A DNA stretch of 52,938 nucleotides, taken from Chiloscyllium plagiosum (taxonomy: Eukaryota). Numbering within the stretch: position 1 is the first letter of the stretch; each line of letters starts with the position of its first letter. The position numbers were made by a program, and so were the translations under genes. Below are positions 13,908 through 26,957 of the stretch, piece after piece. The stretch is from positions 70,645,741 to 70,698,678 of the forward strand of contig NC_057718.1 of NCBI RefSeq assembly GCF_004010195.1, in the 5' to 3' direction. The notes below the pieces were generated by a model. The model saw only the letters and a program-made list of their open reading frames with translations, had not been told where the DNA came from and made no database searches.

Positions 13908-14784
13908 CTATGGTATACAAAATATAATATAAAATTTAAAAATTAAACAACTTGGCTAACTTGCTTTATAATAGCTAGTGACATTGAGTTTGGTGGTTTA
14001 CTAAGTGATGCACCTATGTAAATGAAAATTATAAGTTCCAAAGGTGCATTGATAGATTAAACAAATGAGCAAAGCTATGGCAGATGAAATTTAATGTTAG
14101 GAAATGTGAAGGCATTCGTTTTGGATCCATGAAATATAGATTATAATATTTTCTAAATGCCAATCTAAATGTTAATTCCTGATGCCCAACTACTGATTCT
14201 TGGGGTATACTGCTAAATGCAACCTGCCAACCTCAACACTACCTCTATCTTATGAATTCCAGATTTGTGTATTACTTCTTATGTGGCACCTTACTGAATG
14301 CATTTTGAAAAGGTTATGTTTACAGCCACCTTAATTACCCAGAAATTATTCCAACCTAATTGCAGTATCTATGACATTACGTTAGCAATGTACAGGTAAT
14401 TGCTTGCATCAAAGAATAGGACCAATAAAAGGGTTTATTTTTAAATGTTTTAGATCATTTCAATTCAAATCCCGTGATCACAATATAAGTCAGCCTCACT
14501 CCTCACTGTCTCCCTCCAGCACAATGCCTTGTCCATCACTACTTACTGTTCCCACAAACAAGAAAGAGCAGTGTGGTGAATAGGAGGAGAGCAATGGTGA
14601 GGTAAAGACTGGGGAAGTCGCTCCCTGGAAGTAGCAAGTGGATGGTGACTAGAGTAGGTAGATCAAGTGTAGTGCAAGTATTCCTTGGGCATACAATCAT
14701 CAGTGGCTCTATAGGCGGAATGGAGACTGATCTTCAGTTCCAGACATATATCAACGACATCAACAACATAGACTGTAAGACCAG

Positions 14785-16835
14785 AGAAATAGAAATAAGA
14801 GTAGAAGGTTCTGCCTCTCAAACTTGATGCACCATTCAATAGAATAATGATTGATCTATCATGCTTGACATTTGTGGGTGGCACGGTGGCACAGTGGTTA
14901 GCACTGCTGCCTCACAGCGCCAGAGACCCGGGTTCAATTCCCGCCTCAGGCGACTGACTGTGTGGAGTTTGCACGTTCTCCCCGTGTCTGCGTGGGTTTC
15001 CTCCGGGTGCTCCGGTTTCCTCCCACAGTCCAAAGATGTGCAGGGTCAGGTGAATTGGCCATGCTAAATGCCCGTAGTGTTAGGTAAGGGGTAAATGTAG
15101 GAGTATGGGTGGGTTTCGCTTCGGCGGGTCGGTGTGCACTTGTTGGGCCGAAGGGCATGTTTCCACACTGTAATGTAATCTAATCTAACCTAATCTAATC
15201 CACTTCCAACACTCTATGGCAAGGAGTTCCAAAAACTCACAACTCTCAAAGAGAAAAAATTCCTTTACATCCCAGTCTTAAATTGGCTGAGATGATGCTC
15301 TCTGGTCGTAGACTCTCCTACGAGGGGGAACATCGTCTTACCATTTACACTGTGAAGACTGTTAAGAATTCTATACGTTTCAATGAGATCACCTTTCATT
15401 CTTCTAAACTCCAATGAATAAAGTCACAACCTGTTTAATGTTTGCTCATGTGGCAATCCCTCCATACTGGGGATTATACCTACATTAAACAAGGTAGGCT
15501 GCTATCAATACTCCAGATGTGGTCTCACCAGTACCTTGTACAGTTGCAATCAGACTTTCCAACTCATACATTCTAACACGCATGAAGTAAGAACCGACAT
15601 TCATTATCTTTCCTGATTACCTGCTGTGCCTCTGTGTTGTTTTTTTGTGTTTCATACCCAAGTACTGTGTTGCAGCTTTCTGCTGTTTTTTTTCCTCCAT
15701 TTAATTCTGTTCTTTTGTTCTCCCTTCCAAAGTGAACAATTTCACATTTTCCTACATTATAGTCCATTTGAAAACTTTTTGTTAGCTTACTTAACCTATC
15801 AATATCTCTCTGTAAACTCTGTATCCCTCTTGCAACCTACCTTTCTACTCATTTTTGTGTCATCAGCAAACTTAACTACAATACATTACATTCACTTCCT
15901 TTCTCCACATCATTAATATATAATAGTAAATAGCACTGATCCCTGTAGAACCCCACCGGTCACAGGTGACCAACCTAAAAATGAGCCTCTTATCCCCACT
16001 CACTTTTCCTGCCCATTCTCTAACCATGCCATTACCGCCAACACCACGGGTCTTATCTTATGACTTAACCTTTTGTGGAAGTCCCTAATACAACACAACT
16101 ATTGGTTTTCCACCATCCACACTTGTTGAGACTTACTCAATAAACTCTAAAAAAAAAATTAGTCAGATATGATTTCCCTTTCATGAAGCCATGCTGACTG
16201 GTTGATGAGATTGATTTTCCAACTATTCATCTATTATTTCCTTAATAATTGATGCCAATACTTTTCCAACAATAGATGTTAAGCTAAATCAGCCCACAGT
16301 TACCTGCTTTCTGTCTCCCTCTCTTTTTGAAGTGTTGCAATGACAGTTTTCCAATCCTCTGTATTTCTGCAGAATCCATGATCTTTGGAAAATTACAACT
16401 AACGCATCCACTATCTCAGTAGCTACTCATTTAGGATCCTAGAATGCCAGTCATTAGCGTCAGGCAACTTAAGTGCGTTTAGCTCCATTAGTTTGTCTAA
16501 TACTACTTCACTAATTCCTCTTCTGCATTCTTTAGTGTTCATGAGTGATGGAAAATATTTATTTAACTCTTCTGCCATTTCCTTGCTCCCCATATATGTC
16601 TCCCCAGATTCATTTTCTCAGGGGCCTACGCTCACTTTGACCATGCTCTCTTTCATTTTATTTATTTAAAGAAACTCTTAATATCAGCTTTCATATTCCT
16701 CTCCAGTTTATCTCCTAGTTTATTTTCTCTGTCTTAGTCCTATTTTGCAAGATTCTTAATTTATCCTAGCCTTCATGGTGATTATTGAGTTTTGCTATCT
16801 TATACACTTTCTTCATCAGCTTAATAGTCTCATTA
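14785..16835 (-). mobile_element. Decayed CR1 3' half with a nested SINE
   Basis: MDYNVGKCEIVHFG motif and a typical 3' terminus. Confidence 0.78.
14876..15200 (+). mobile_element. HE1-like SINE
   Basis: Intact A/B boxes and (TAATC)n tail. Confidence 0.92.
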
Positions 16836-16840
16836 ACTTC

Positions 16841-17140
16841 GGCACGGTGGCACAGTGGTTAGCACTGCTGCCTCACCCGGGTTCATTTCCCGCCTCGGGC
16901 GACTGACTGTGTGGAGTTTGCACATTCTCCCCGTGTCTGCATGGGTTTCCTCCGGGTGCTCCGGTTTCCTCCCACAGTCCAAAGATGTGCAGGTCAGGTG
17001 AATTGGCCATGCTAAATTGCCCGTAGTGTTAGGTAAGGGGTAAATGTAGGGGTATGGGTGGGTTGCGCTTCGGCGGGGCAGTGCGGACTTGTTGGGCCGA
17101 AGGGCCTGTTTCCACACTGTAAGTAATCTAATCTAATCTA
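16841..17140 (+). mobile_element. HE1-like SINE
   Basis: Same family, with a small deletion between the A and B boxes. Confidence 0.92.
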
Positions 17141-17419
17141 AAAAAACTTCCTTGGTTTTGGAATCAAGCAGGAGAGAGGATTTAAGAAACAATCCAGGTA
17201 CCATTAAACTACTGGCTACATTCCACATTGTTAGAAAGAAGATAGCAGAGGAAATTTAAAGGGAAAATAGTGAAAAGTGCTCTGCTATGGACTGCTAACA
17301 ATGGGGACTTTGATTACCCAAATAATGACTTAGGTCGGAACAATGTAAAGGATATCGCATGAAAGTGTGAAGAGCTTTTGAAAAGTGTACGGGAGAGGAT
17401 TCTTGATCAGTTCTAAACT

Positions 17420-19112
17420 CCTCACCCCTCCAAACATTATAAATATAGGGTCCCCCTTTACTCACTTTCCACCCCACTAGCCTCCACATCAAACATATCA
17501 CCCTCAAACACTACCACCAACTTCAATTAGACCCCAGCACCAAGAACATCTTCCCCTCCCAACTCCTCCCTGCCTTCCACAAGGACCATTCCCTTTGCCA
17601 CTCCCTGGTTTGTGCCACACTCCCCACCAACATACCCCAATCCCCTGGTACCTACCCGTGTAAGTGAAAAAGATGCAACATCTGCCCGTACACCACTTCC
17701 CTCACCTCACAGAACATAGAACAGAACAACACAGTACAAGCCCTTCAGCCCTGGATGTTGTGCCAACCTTTTATCCTACTCTGAGATCAGACTAACCTAT
17801 ATACCTTTCATTGTACTATCTTCCATGTGGCTATCCGAGAGTTGCTTAAATGTCTGGTAAACCTTCATATATCAATCCGGCTATCCAAGGAATCAATCTG
17901 GTAAACCTTCATTTTCTTCACTCAGCGAGTCGTAAGTTCATGGAATGCCCTGCCAGCAGCAGTGGTGGACTCTCCCTCTTTATGGGCATTTAAGCGGGCA
18001 TTGGATAGGTATATGGAGGATAGTGGGTTAGGATAGGTTAGGCGGGCTTGGATCGGCGCAACATCGAGGGCCAAAGGGCCTGTACTGCGCTGTATTCTTC
18101 TATGTTCTATGTTCTATGTCCCTAATGTATCTAACGCTACTGCCATTGTTGGCATTGCATTCCATGCATCCACCATTTAAAGAATTTAAATGGTTTAAGG
18201 AACCTAACTCTGACATCTCTCCTGAACCTTCCTCCAATCACCTTAAAATTATGCCCCCTCATGATAGCCATTTCTGCCACGGGAAAAAAGTCTCTGGCTC
18301 TCAATCCAGGGCCCCAAACAGTCCTTCCAGCTGAGACAGAGGTTCACCTGCATCACCTCCAGCCTAGTCTACTGCATCCAGTGCTCCCAATGTGGTCTTC
18401 TCTACATCGGTGAGACCCAATGTAGATCGTTTTGCAGAGCATCCTCGCCAGGCCTGAAATGGCCAGCCTGACCTCCCAGTCACTGCCCATTTCTATTCCC
18501 CCTCCCATTCTACCTCCAACATGTCCATCCTCAGCTTCCTCCACTGCACAGTGAATCTAACCACAAATTGGAGGAACACACTTAATCTTCCACCTGGTCA
18601 GCCTAGAGCCTGGAGAACTTAAATTGAGTTCATGAGTATCAAACAATCTTCCCACCATCTCCCAGCTTCCTTTCCAGCCCTGTCTCCTCCCTTCCATTCC
18701 ACATCCTCACCCTTTCTTCCAGCTACCAACTGGATTCATCCCTCCCAACAACCTGAAGAAGGGCTTATGCCCGAAACGTCGATTCTCCTGTTCCCTGGAT
18801 GCTGCCTGACCTGCTGCACTTTTCCAGCAACACATTTTCAGCTCTGATCTCCAGCATCTGCAGACCTCACTTTCTCCTCCCAACAACCAACCAGGTCATA
18901 CCCCCTACTTGTGTTCACCTATCAGTACCTCACTATTCTGATACTCTCCCCAACTCCCACTTTGTCTGTAGCTCCTGTACCCCCACATCTAGTCCTGAAG
19001 AAAGGTTATACCCAAAACGTTGACATCTCCACCTCCTGATGCAGTCTGGCTTGCTGTGTTCTTCCAGCTCCTGCCTGTCTACTTTGGATTCCAACATCTG
19101 CAGTTTTTTGTC
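17420..19112 (+). mobile_element. Decayed Penelope-like (Neptune-type) element, interrupted by CR1 fragments at about 17711-18300
   Basis: Cys-rich linker (PC..KRCNIC) and GIY-YIG motif LVYCIQCSQCGLLYIGET...FAEH; the tail has a degenerate hammerhead at 18992-19024. Confidence 0.8.
18753..18875 (+). mobile_element. Short Penelope tail insertion starting at a hammerhead core
   Basis: ctgaaga-a-gggc ttat gccc-gaaacgtc followed by the same tail family as 48560; 13-bp TSD cctcccaacaacc (18741-18753 / 18876-18888). Confidence 0.8.
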
Positions 19113-19423
19113 TCTATCCCATACACTTAGACTGTGACCCCTGGTCTGGACTCTCTAGTATTCAGAATCATCCTTCTTGTGTTTGCCCTGTCCAGTTCTG
19201 TTAAAACTTTATAGGTTCCTGTAAGAACTACCCTTCATTCTTTTAAACTCCAGGGAATATAGTCCTAACTGATCTAATCTCTCTTCATATATCAATCCGG
19301 CTATCCAAGGAATCAATCTGGTAAACCTTCATTGCACTCCCCCCATAGTGCAATGGAAAGAAAACTGCTAACTGAAAATGTTTAAATGAAGGAATATCCT
19401 ATTATCATCAAGAAATGAATTAC

Positions 19424-19526
19424 CCTTAATATTTCATTAAAAACTGGATTCACCGAGTTCTTCTTCACTGTGCTCTTCAACTTACTCTGAGGTGATTTGT
19501 CAGGAAGCAAATAGGTCTTCACATAC
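19424..19526 (-). CDS. SYTL3: SYTL3 coding exon (C2A middle)
   Basis: Acceptor ctttgttttag|G, donor AGG|gtaatt, 103 nt. Completes the split CC|G Pro codon and reads [34 protein letters not shown]. Confidence 0.93.
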
Positions 19527-20084
19527 CTAAAACAAAGCTCAGAATCACAAAGATGTAGCTTCAACAACTACACAATGTTCTTTGTTCCAATTTTTGGATT
19601 TTATCATTAATTACATTATTTCAAGATAGTCAAGGTGGGGAAGGAATCAGTCCAGAGTAACTTGGTTTTAAAAACTATTGAAAACATTAGCAAAGGAGAG
19701 AAGTTACCACTAAACAAAAGGATGAGACAGAACTTGAGAAAGAATTTCAAACCTGAAAATCAAGACATAGAATCATTATGAGTACAGTGAAGAAATGGAC
19801 AAGGACAGAAAACACTTTTGGATGTTAGAGGTCCCAACAACAGTAGTTACATTGTTTGACAAAATAACAGGCCAGCAAATGTGAAGTGAGAAAAACTTTT
19901 ACACAGCAAATGGTTACAATATGCAGTGCACTGCTTGGAAGAGTGCTGGAATCAAAGATATGAGGGAAAGCAGGGCATTGGCAGGAGGTAGTGGTGCTCA
20001 TTTGAAGAGCTGGTGTCACCATTGTGGCCTGTGTCATGGAACAAAGGTGATATAATACTTAAAATGCACTTTATTCAGCCTACA

Positions 20085-21865
20085 GATTTGAGAAGACAAA
20101 CCAGTCTCGGTTTTAAAATATTTATGGAAATGAACAGGCCTGATCCACAAGGAAAATTTCTAAACTCGGGCAAATTCAATTGTAATGATATTAGACAGGA
20201 ACTTTAAAAAAAATGATTGGGGGAGAGGGATGTCTGGCAAGTGAGAGGTTTCCAAAAGTGAGATAACGAGAATTCAGGGCCATCATGTCCCTGTTAGTCT
20301 GAAAGGCAAGGCTGGCAGGAGTGCGAAACAGTGTATGACTAGAGACATTGAGGCTCTGGTCAAGAATAAGGAGGTATATGTCAGGTATGGACAGCTGGGA
20401 TCAAGTGAATCCCTTAAATTATACAAGTGTACACTTAAAAGGGAAATCAGAAGGGCAAAAAGGGGATGTGAAATAGCTTTGGCAGATAGGGTAAAGGAGA
20501 ATCCAAAGAGATTCTATAAGTATATTAAGGGCAAAACAGTAACTAGGGAGACAAAAGACCCCTCTTAAAAGATCAATAAGGTCGTCCATGTGTGGAGACC
20601 AGGAGATGGATGAAATTCTAAACATATGTTTCTTGTCAGTATTTACTGTGGAGAAAGACATAGAAGCTCAGGAACTCAGGGAAATAAATAATGAAAAGAG
20701 TCCACATGAAATAAAAGAAGGTGCTGGGAGTCTTAAGGATCTGATCAAATATATCCCAGGACACGATGGGAAGTTATGAAAGAAATTGCAGGGCCCTAGC
20801 AGAGACATCTGCAATATTGAAAGCTACGGGCAAGGTGCTGAAAGACTGGAGGGTGGCTATTGTTGTGCCATTATCTAAGAAAGTCTGCAAGGAAAAACCA
20901 GGTAACTCCAGACCAGTAGACTCACATCAGTGGTGGCTAAGTTATTGGTGGGGATTTTGAGATACAGAATCTGCATGCATTTGGAAAGACAAGGACTGGT
21001 TAGGGAGAGGGTCAGCATGGCTTTGTGCACAGGAAATTATGTCTCACAATTTGGATTGAGGTTTTTGAAGAGGTGACCAAGAAGATAGATGAAGACAGAG
21101 CAGTAGATTTTGTCTTCGTGGATTTTAGCAAGACCTTCAATAAGGTACTGCATGTTAGATTGATTAGTAAAGTTACATTTCATGGAATCCAGGGAGGGCT
21201 AGCCAATTGGATACAACATTGGTTTGATGATAGGAAACAGAGAGTGGAGGTAGGTGGTTTTGTTCAGACTGGAGGCCTGTGACCAGCTGCAAGGTTTGGT
21301 GCTGGATTGTCATTTATATAAACAGTTTGGATGAGAGTATAGGAGGAATGGTTAGTAACTGAATGGTTAGTAAGTTTGCACATGACACCAAAATTGGTGC
21401 TATAGTGGACAGTGAAGGAGGTTATCTAAGAGTACAAGGTGTCTTGATCAACTGGGCCAGTGACTGATGAATGGCAGGTGAAGTTTAATTCAAACAAATG
21501 AAAGATGTTGCATTTTGGTAAGACAAGCTAGTGCGGGACTTAAATAGTTAATGGTTGGGCCCGGGGTGTGTTCTTGAACAGATAGACCTAGGGATGCAGG
21601 TACATAGTTCTTTGAAAGTGGTGTCACAGGTAGACAGGGTGATGAAGATGGCATTTGGCATGTTTGCCTTCATCAGTCAGAGCACTGAGTAAAGCAGTTA
21701 GGCTGTCATATTACAGCTGTACAAGACATTGGTAAAGCCACATTTGGAGTACTACATATAATTCTGGTTGCCCTGCTATAGGAAGGATGTAATTAAACTG
21801 GAGAGGGTACAAAAAAGATGTACAAGGATATTACCAATACTGGAAGAATTGAGCTATAAGGAAAG
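20085..21865 (+). mobile_element. Decayed CR1 ORF2
   Basis: KENPKRFYKYIK and FVDFSKTFNKV; resumes at about 22938. Confidence 0.88.
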
Positions 21866-22937
21866 AACAAACAACAAAGAAAATTACAGCACAGGAACAG
21901 GCCCTTTGGCCCTCCATACCTGCACCGATCTAGATCTGCTATCTCCCCCTATATCATTGGTGCCTCTACGCACCACAAAAACTTTGCTGTTCACTCTTCC
22001 TCCCCTCAGAACGTCCTGCAGCCGATCTGAGACATCCCTGACCCGTGCACCTGAGAGGCAACATACCATTTGGGAGTTTCGTTTTTGACCACAGAACAGT
22101 TGAATCTCCTATGACTATAGCCCTTCCATTCTTTTTCCCACCTTCTATACAGCATGAACCTGGCTACTGCTGACTTCCCTGGTGAGCCACCTCCCTAAAC
22201 AGTTTCCAATACAAGTACACCTACTTTGGAGGGAGGTGACCACAGGGGACACATGGACTGCCTTCCTGCTCTTTCTCTGCATTTTGGTCACCCATTCCCT
22301 TTCTCCCTCAGCAATCCTAATCTGCGATCTGACCAATTCGCTAAACGTGCCACCCACGACCTCCTCAGCATCGTGGATGCTCCAAGGTGAGTCCATCTGC
22401 AGCTTTGGAGCCATCATACGGTCTAACAAGAGCTGCACTGAACACACTTGCTGTACGTGAAGGAGTCAGGGACATCAGCCACGTCCCTGAACTCCCACAT
22501 TGAGCAAAAGGAGCATAACACGGGTCTGGTATCTCCTGCCATTTTTACCCTTAAGCTTAACTTAGTCCAACTATAATAGCAAATAACAGATAAATGAAAT
22601 TTTTAAAAATTACTAATCACACCACTTACCAGCACACAATAAAAAAGAGAAAGACAAACCTTTCCTTATCAACATAACACAGTCTTTTTTTGGTTAGAGG
22701 AGATGGGCGGGTGAGAGGCACTACACATGTAGTGTGTTGGGTTTAGCCACTACCCAAATATATCAGTTCCCAGAGCGCAATTCGACCACTCTCACTCAGC
22801 TCCTCACTCTCACCGCTCCTGCTGCTGCTGCAAAATGGAGGATGCTGATTCCACGAGGTAAGTATTTAAATGGGAAATTTGCCTTCCCGGCAGCCCCTTG
22901 GTCCTCACTCTCACTGTTCCTACTGCTGCTGCACACT
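21866..22937 (-). mobile_element. Internally deleted CR1 (5'UTR plus partial ORF1 fused to the 3' tail)
   Basis: ORF1 start atggcagga at 22542; esterase motif GTNDIG joined directly to the 3' terminus; TSD gaaag (21861-21865 / 22938-22942). Confidence 0.78.
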
Positions 22938-23019
22938 GAAAGGCTGGAACGACTTTCCCTAGAGCATAGGAGGCTGAGGCATAGACTTATTGGGGTGTAT
23001 AAAATCATTAGGGACATAG

Positions 23020-23960
23020 TTTCCCCATTGTAAAGGAGACCACATTGTGAGCAGTGAATGCAGTAGACTCGATTGTGAGAAGTGGAGGTAAAACACTGCT
23101 TCACAAGGAAGGTAAGTTTGGGCACTTGGATACTAAGGATGGATGAGGTAAATGAGCAAGTGTTACACCTTCAGCAATTGCAGGGGAAGATGCCGTGGGG
23201 CTGTGGAAGTGGGAGTGAAGAAAGTGTGTACCTGGATGTCCCAGAAGGAATGGTCCCTGAGGAAGGCAGACAAGGGGGGGACTATATGAGGTGATGGAAA
23301 TGGCTGCTAATGATTTTCTGCTTATGGATGCCGGTGGGATGGTAGGTAAAGACAAGGGGAACCCCTATTGCTGTTGTGAGAACGAAAAGAAAGGGTAAAG
23401 TCCAAAGTGCGCAAGATACATCGGATGTGGTTGAGGGCCATGTCAACAATGGTGCTGAGGAATCCTCAGTTGAGAAAGAGGGTGGATATTTCAGAGGCTC
23501 CCTTGTCAAAGTTGGTATAATCAGAACATATGCAACAGAAACGGAAGAACTGGGAGAAAGGAACAGAAACTTTACAGGAAGCAGGATGTATAGTTCAGGA
23601 AATTGTGGGAGTTGGTGGGATTATAGTGAGTATTAGTGGCCAGTATATCCCCAGAAATAGAAACAGAGGAGTCAAGGAAGGGAAGAGAAGAGTCAGAGAT
23701 GGATCAGGTGAAAGCAAGCCAGGGTGGAAATTAGAAGCAAAATCGATAAACATTTCCAATTCTAGATGAGAGAGGGAAGCAGCACACATGCTATTTTTGA
23801 CATACTGGAGAAAGAGTTGTGGGTGCGGGCTGGAATAGGACTGGAACAAGAAATGTTCCAGGTATCCCATAAAGAGGCAGGCATAACTAGGATCCACCTG
23901 TGTTCCCATGACCATTCCTCTGACCTGAAGAAAATGAGAGGAGTTAAAAGTGTTCTCGTT
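23020..23960 (-). mobile_element. Decayed Penelope-like element (RT C-terminus to GIY-YIG)
   Basis: FNSSHFLQVRGMVMGTQVDPSYACLFMG and VYCIHCSQCGLLYNGET in the ORF track. Confidence 0.85.
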
Positions 23961-24326
23961 TATGATGAGGACAGCTGCATGCTTACTTTCAGCGACTGGC
24001 ACACAAGGATACCCAAGTCTTGACCCCTTTCTCAATCTATCACCATTCATTTAATAATCTGCCTTCCTGTTTTTGCTACCAAAGTGGATAACTTCACGTT
24101 TATCGAAATTATAATTAATCTGCCATGTATTTGCCCATTCACTTAACTTATCCAAATGACACTGACGCATAGTTGTACAACATAAAAACAGGCTCGTCGG
24201 CCCACTGTGGAAGTAACTGCCAACACTTATCCCATTTACTTGCTCTTGGTCTGAAGCCTACAATGACCTGGCATTTTAAGTACTCTTCCAAATGTTGCAA
24301 GAGTACCTGCTTCCTATATCATCTCA

Positions 24327-24530
24327 AGCAGACAGGCAGGAGGCTGCAAGAACACAGTATGTCAGACAGCATCAGGAGATGGAGAAGTTGACTTTTTGGA
24401 TGTAACTCTTCTTCAGGAAGAAGGGATACACCTGAAACATTGACTTCTCCACCTCCTGATGCTGCCTGGCTTGCTGTGTTCTTGCAGCCTCCTGCCTGTC
24501 TACTTTGTATTCCAGCATCTGCAGTTTTTT
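24327..24530. mobile_element. Penelope-derived hairpin element (older)
   Basis: Inverted arms centred on tcttcttcaggaagaag (about 24415); 19-bp TSD tgcttcctatatcatctca (24308-24326 / 24531-24549). Confidence 0.82.
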
Positions 24531-26642
24531 TGCTTCCTATATCATCTCAGGCAGCATGTTTAATACTTCAACCATGCTCTGGGTGAAAAAGTTCTTTGTC
24601 AGATCTCCTCTAAACTACTTACTCCTCACCTTAATTTATACTCTCTGGCCTTTGACACATCTGCCATGGGGAAAAGATTCTCACAATCTACTCCACGCCT
24701 CTCATAATTCTGTATACCTCAGTCAGATTGCCCTTCAGCCTCCTCTGCTGCAAGGAAAATAAACACAACCCATCCATTCTCTCCTTATAACAAATTTCTT
24801 AACCCAAGTAACATCCTGGTGAATCTTCTCAGTACCCACTCCAGTGCAATCACATCTTTTGAATAGTGTGGTAACCAGGATTGAACACAGTATTCCATAT
24901 GTGGCCTAACCAAAGTTTTATAAATTTGTGAAAAGACTTTCTATTTCTACATTCTATGCCCGGCTAATGAAGGCAATCATCCTGTATGCTTTCTTCACTA
25001 TCCTGTCCATACAGACTGACACCTTCAGGGATCTATGTATTTCCCTACCAATGTCCCTTTGTTCCTCAGTGCTCCCTGAGGGCCTATCATTCATTGTATG
25101 TGCCCTTCTCTTATTAGAACTACCAAAATGCATCACCTTGCACTTATCAGGATCATCATTTGCCATTGTACCGTCCAATTTACCAGATGATGAATATCAG
25201 ACTGAAGCCTGAGACCATTTACCTCACTATCAACACCATCAATTTTCATGTCAGCTGCAAATTTACTATTATACCTTCTATGTTCACATCCAAGTTGCTA
25301 ATGTAAACAATAAACAACACCGAACCTTGTAGTACACTGCTTGCCACAGGCTTCCAATTGCAAAAATCAACTTTCCACCATCACTTTTTGTCTCCTGTTT
25401 GAATGCAGTTTGCCAAATTGCCTTGGATCCCATAGACTCTGGATCAGCCTTCCATGTGGGAACTTGTTAAAGGCTTGAATGAAATCCACGTAAACCACAT
25501 CACCTGCACTACTCTCATTAATGTATTTAGTCACCTTTTCAAAAAAAAACACAGACAGTTTCTCCCTTTAATAAATATCTTTAAACAATGTCTGCCTTTC
25601 CAAATATTGTTTAATCCTATCCTTCAATTATTTCCCAATAATTTCTCCACCACTAAGTTCCAACTAAGTGATCTGTAATTACCTAGCCTATCCCTGTTGC
25701 CCTTCTTGAATAAAGGAACCCTCTTATCTATCCTTCTGGCAATTTACCTGTGACAAGCGAGGTTACAACTACTCCCATCAGAGGCCCAGCAATCTCCATC
25801 CTTGCTCCTATTGCAGCCTGGGATAAATCTTATCAGGCTCTGGGGATTTGTGCACCTGTATGCCCATTAAAACATTTATTAATCTAGGACCTTACTATCC
25901 AAACTGAAATTCTCAGCTACAATGTCTTTCTCGTCTGTGAATACAACTGAGAGGTATTTATTTAATATCTCACCCACATCCACTGACTCCAAGCAAAGGT
26001 TGGAGCCTTTGATCTCAAATAGATCCCATCCTTTCCTTGGCAATCTTCTCTTCATTAACTCATAATAAGTCTTAGGTTGTGGCCCCTCTTTGACATCATA
26101 GTTTTCTTCTTAGGAAATCTCCAACTCTCTCTATACTTTTGAAAGGCTTCCTCTGTTTTTAATGTACTGTACCTGACATGTGTTTCTTTCTTTTTCTTTA
26201 TCAAACTCAGATATCCCTTGACATCCATGCTTTCCTGGACTTGTGCCCCTGCCTTTCACTCAGCCCTGAATTATCACTGTACTACTTTTAAAAGAGTCCC
26301 ATTTTCTAAATGTAGCTACTCCCAATCTATGTTTGCCAGATCCTGTCAAATAATATTGAAATTGGCTTTACTGCAATTTAGACACTAAACTTGTGCACAA
26401 TCCTTATCCCTTTCTAGAGTGACTTTGAAACTTACAGAGCTTTGGTCACTATCCTCAAAATGCTCACCACTGAAACTTAAACCACTTGAGGGCTTTGTTC
26501 TGCAGGAGTAGGTTTAATGCTGCCCTATCTCTTGTAGAACTACCTACATACTGGCACAAAAATTCTCCTGTATACAATTTTAAAATTCCACTTCATCTGA
26601 TCAATTCACACTAAAGATATCCCAGTTACATTAGTAAAGTTT

Positions 26643-26957
26643 GGGGTGGCACAGTGACTCAGTGGTTAGCACTGCTACCTCACAGCAGTAGGGTCCCAGG
26701 TTCAATTCCAGCCTTGGGTGACTGCCTGTGTGGAGCTTGCACAATCTCCTTTTGTCTGTGTGGGTTACCTCTGGGTGCTCTGGTTTCCTCCCACAGTCCA
26801 AAGATGTGCAGGGCAGGTGAATTGGTCATGCTAAATTGCTCATAGTGTTAGGTGCATTAGTTAGAAGGAAATGGATCTGGGGGGGGTTACTCTTCGGAGG
26901 GTCGGTGTGGACTAGTTGGGCTGAAGGCCCTGTTTCCACACTGTAGGGAATCTAATT
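26643..26957 (+). mobile_element. HE1-like SINE (older subfamily)
   Basis: A/B boxes and a gggaatcta tail. Confidence 0.88.

Noticed and set aside
14876..14945. tRNA gene
   Set aside because: The A/B boxes belong to the SINE head and continue into the SINE body.
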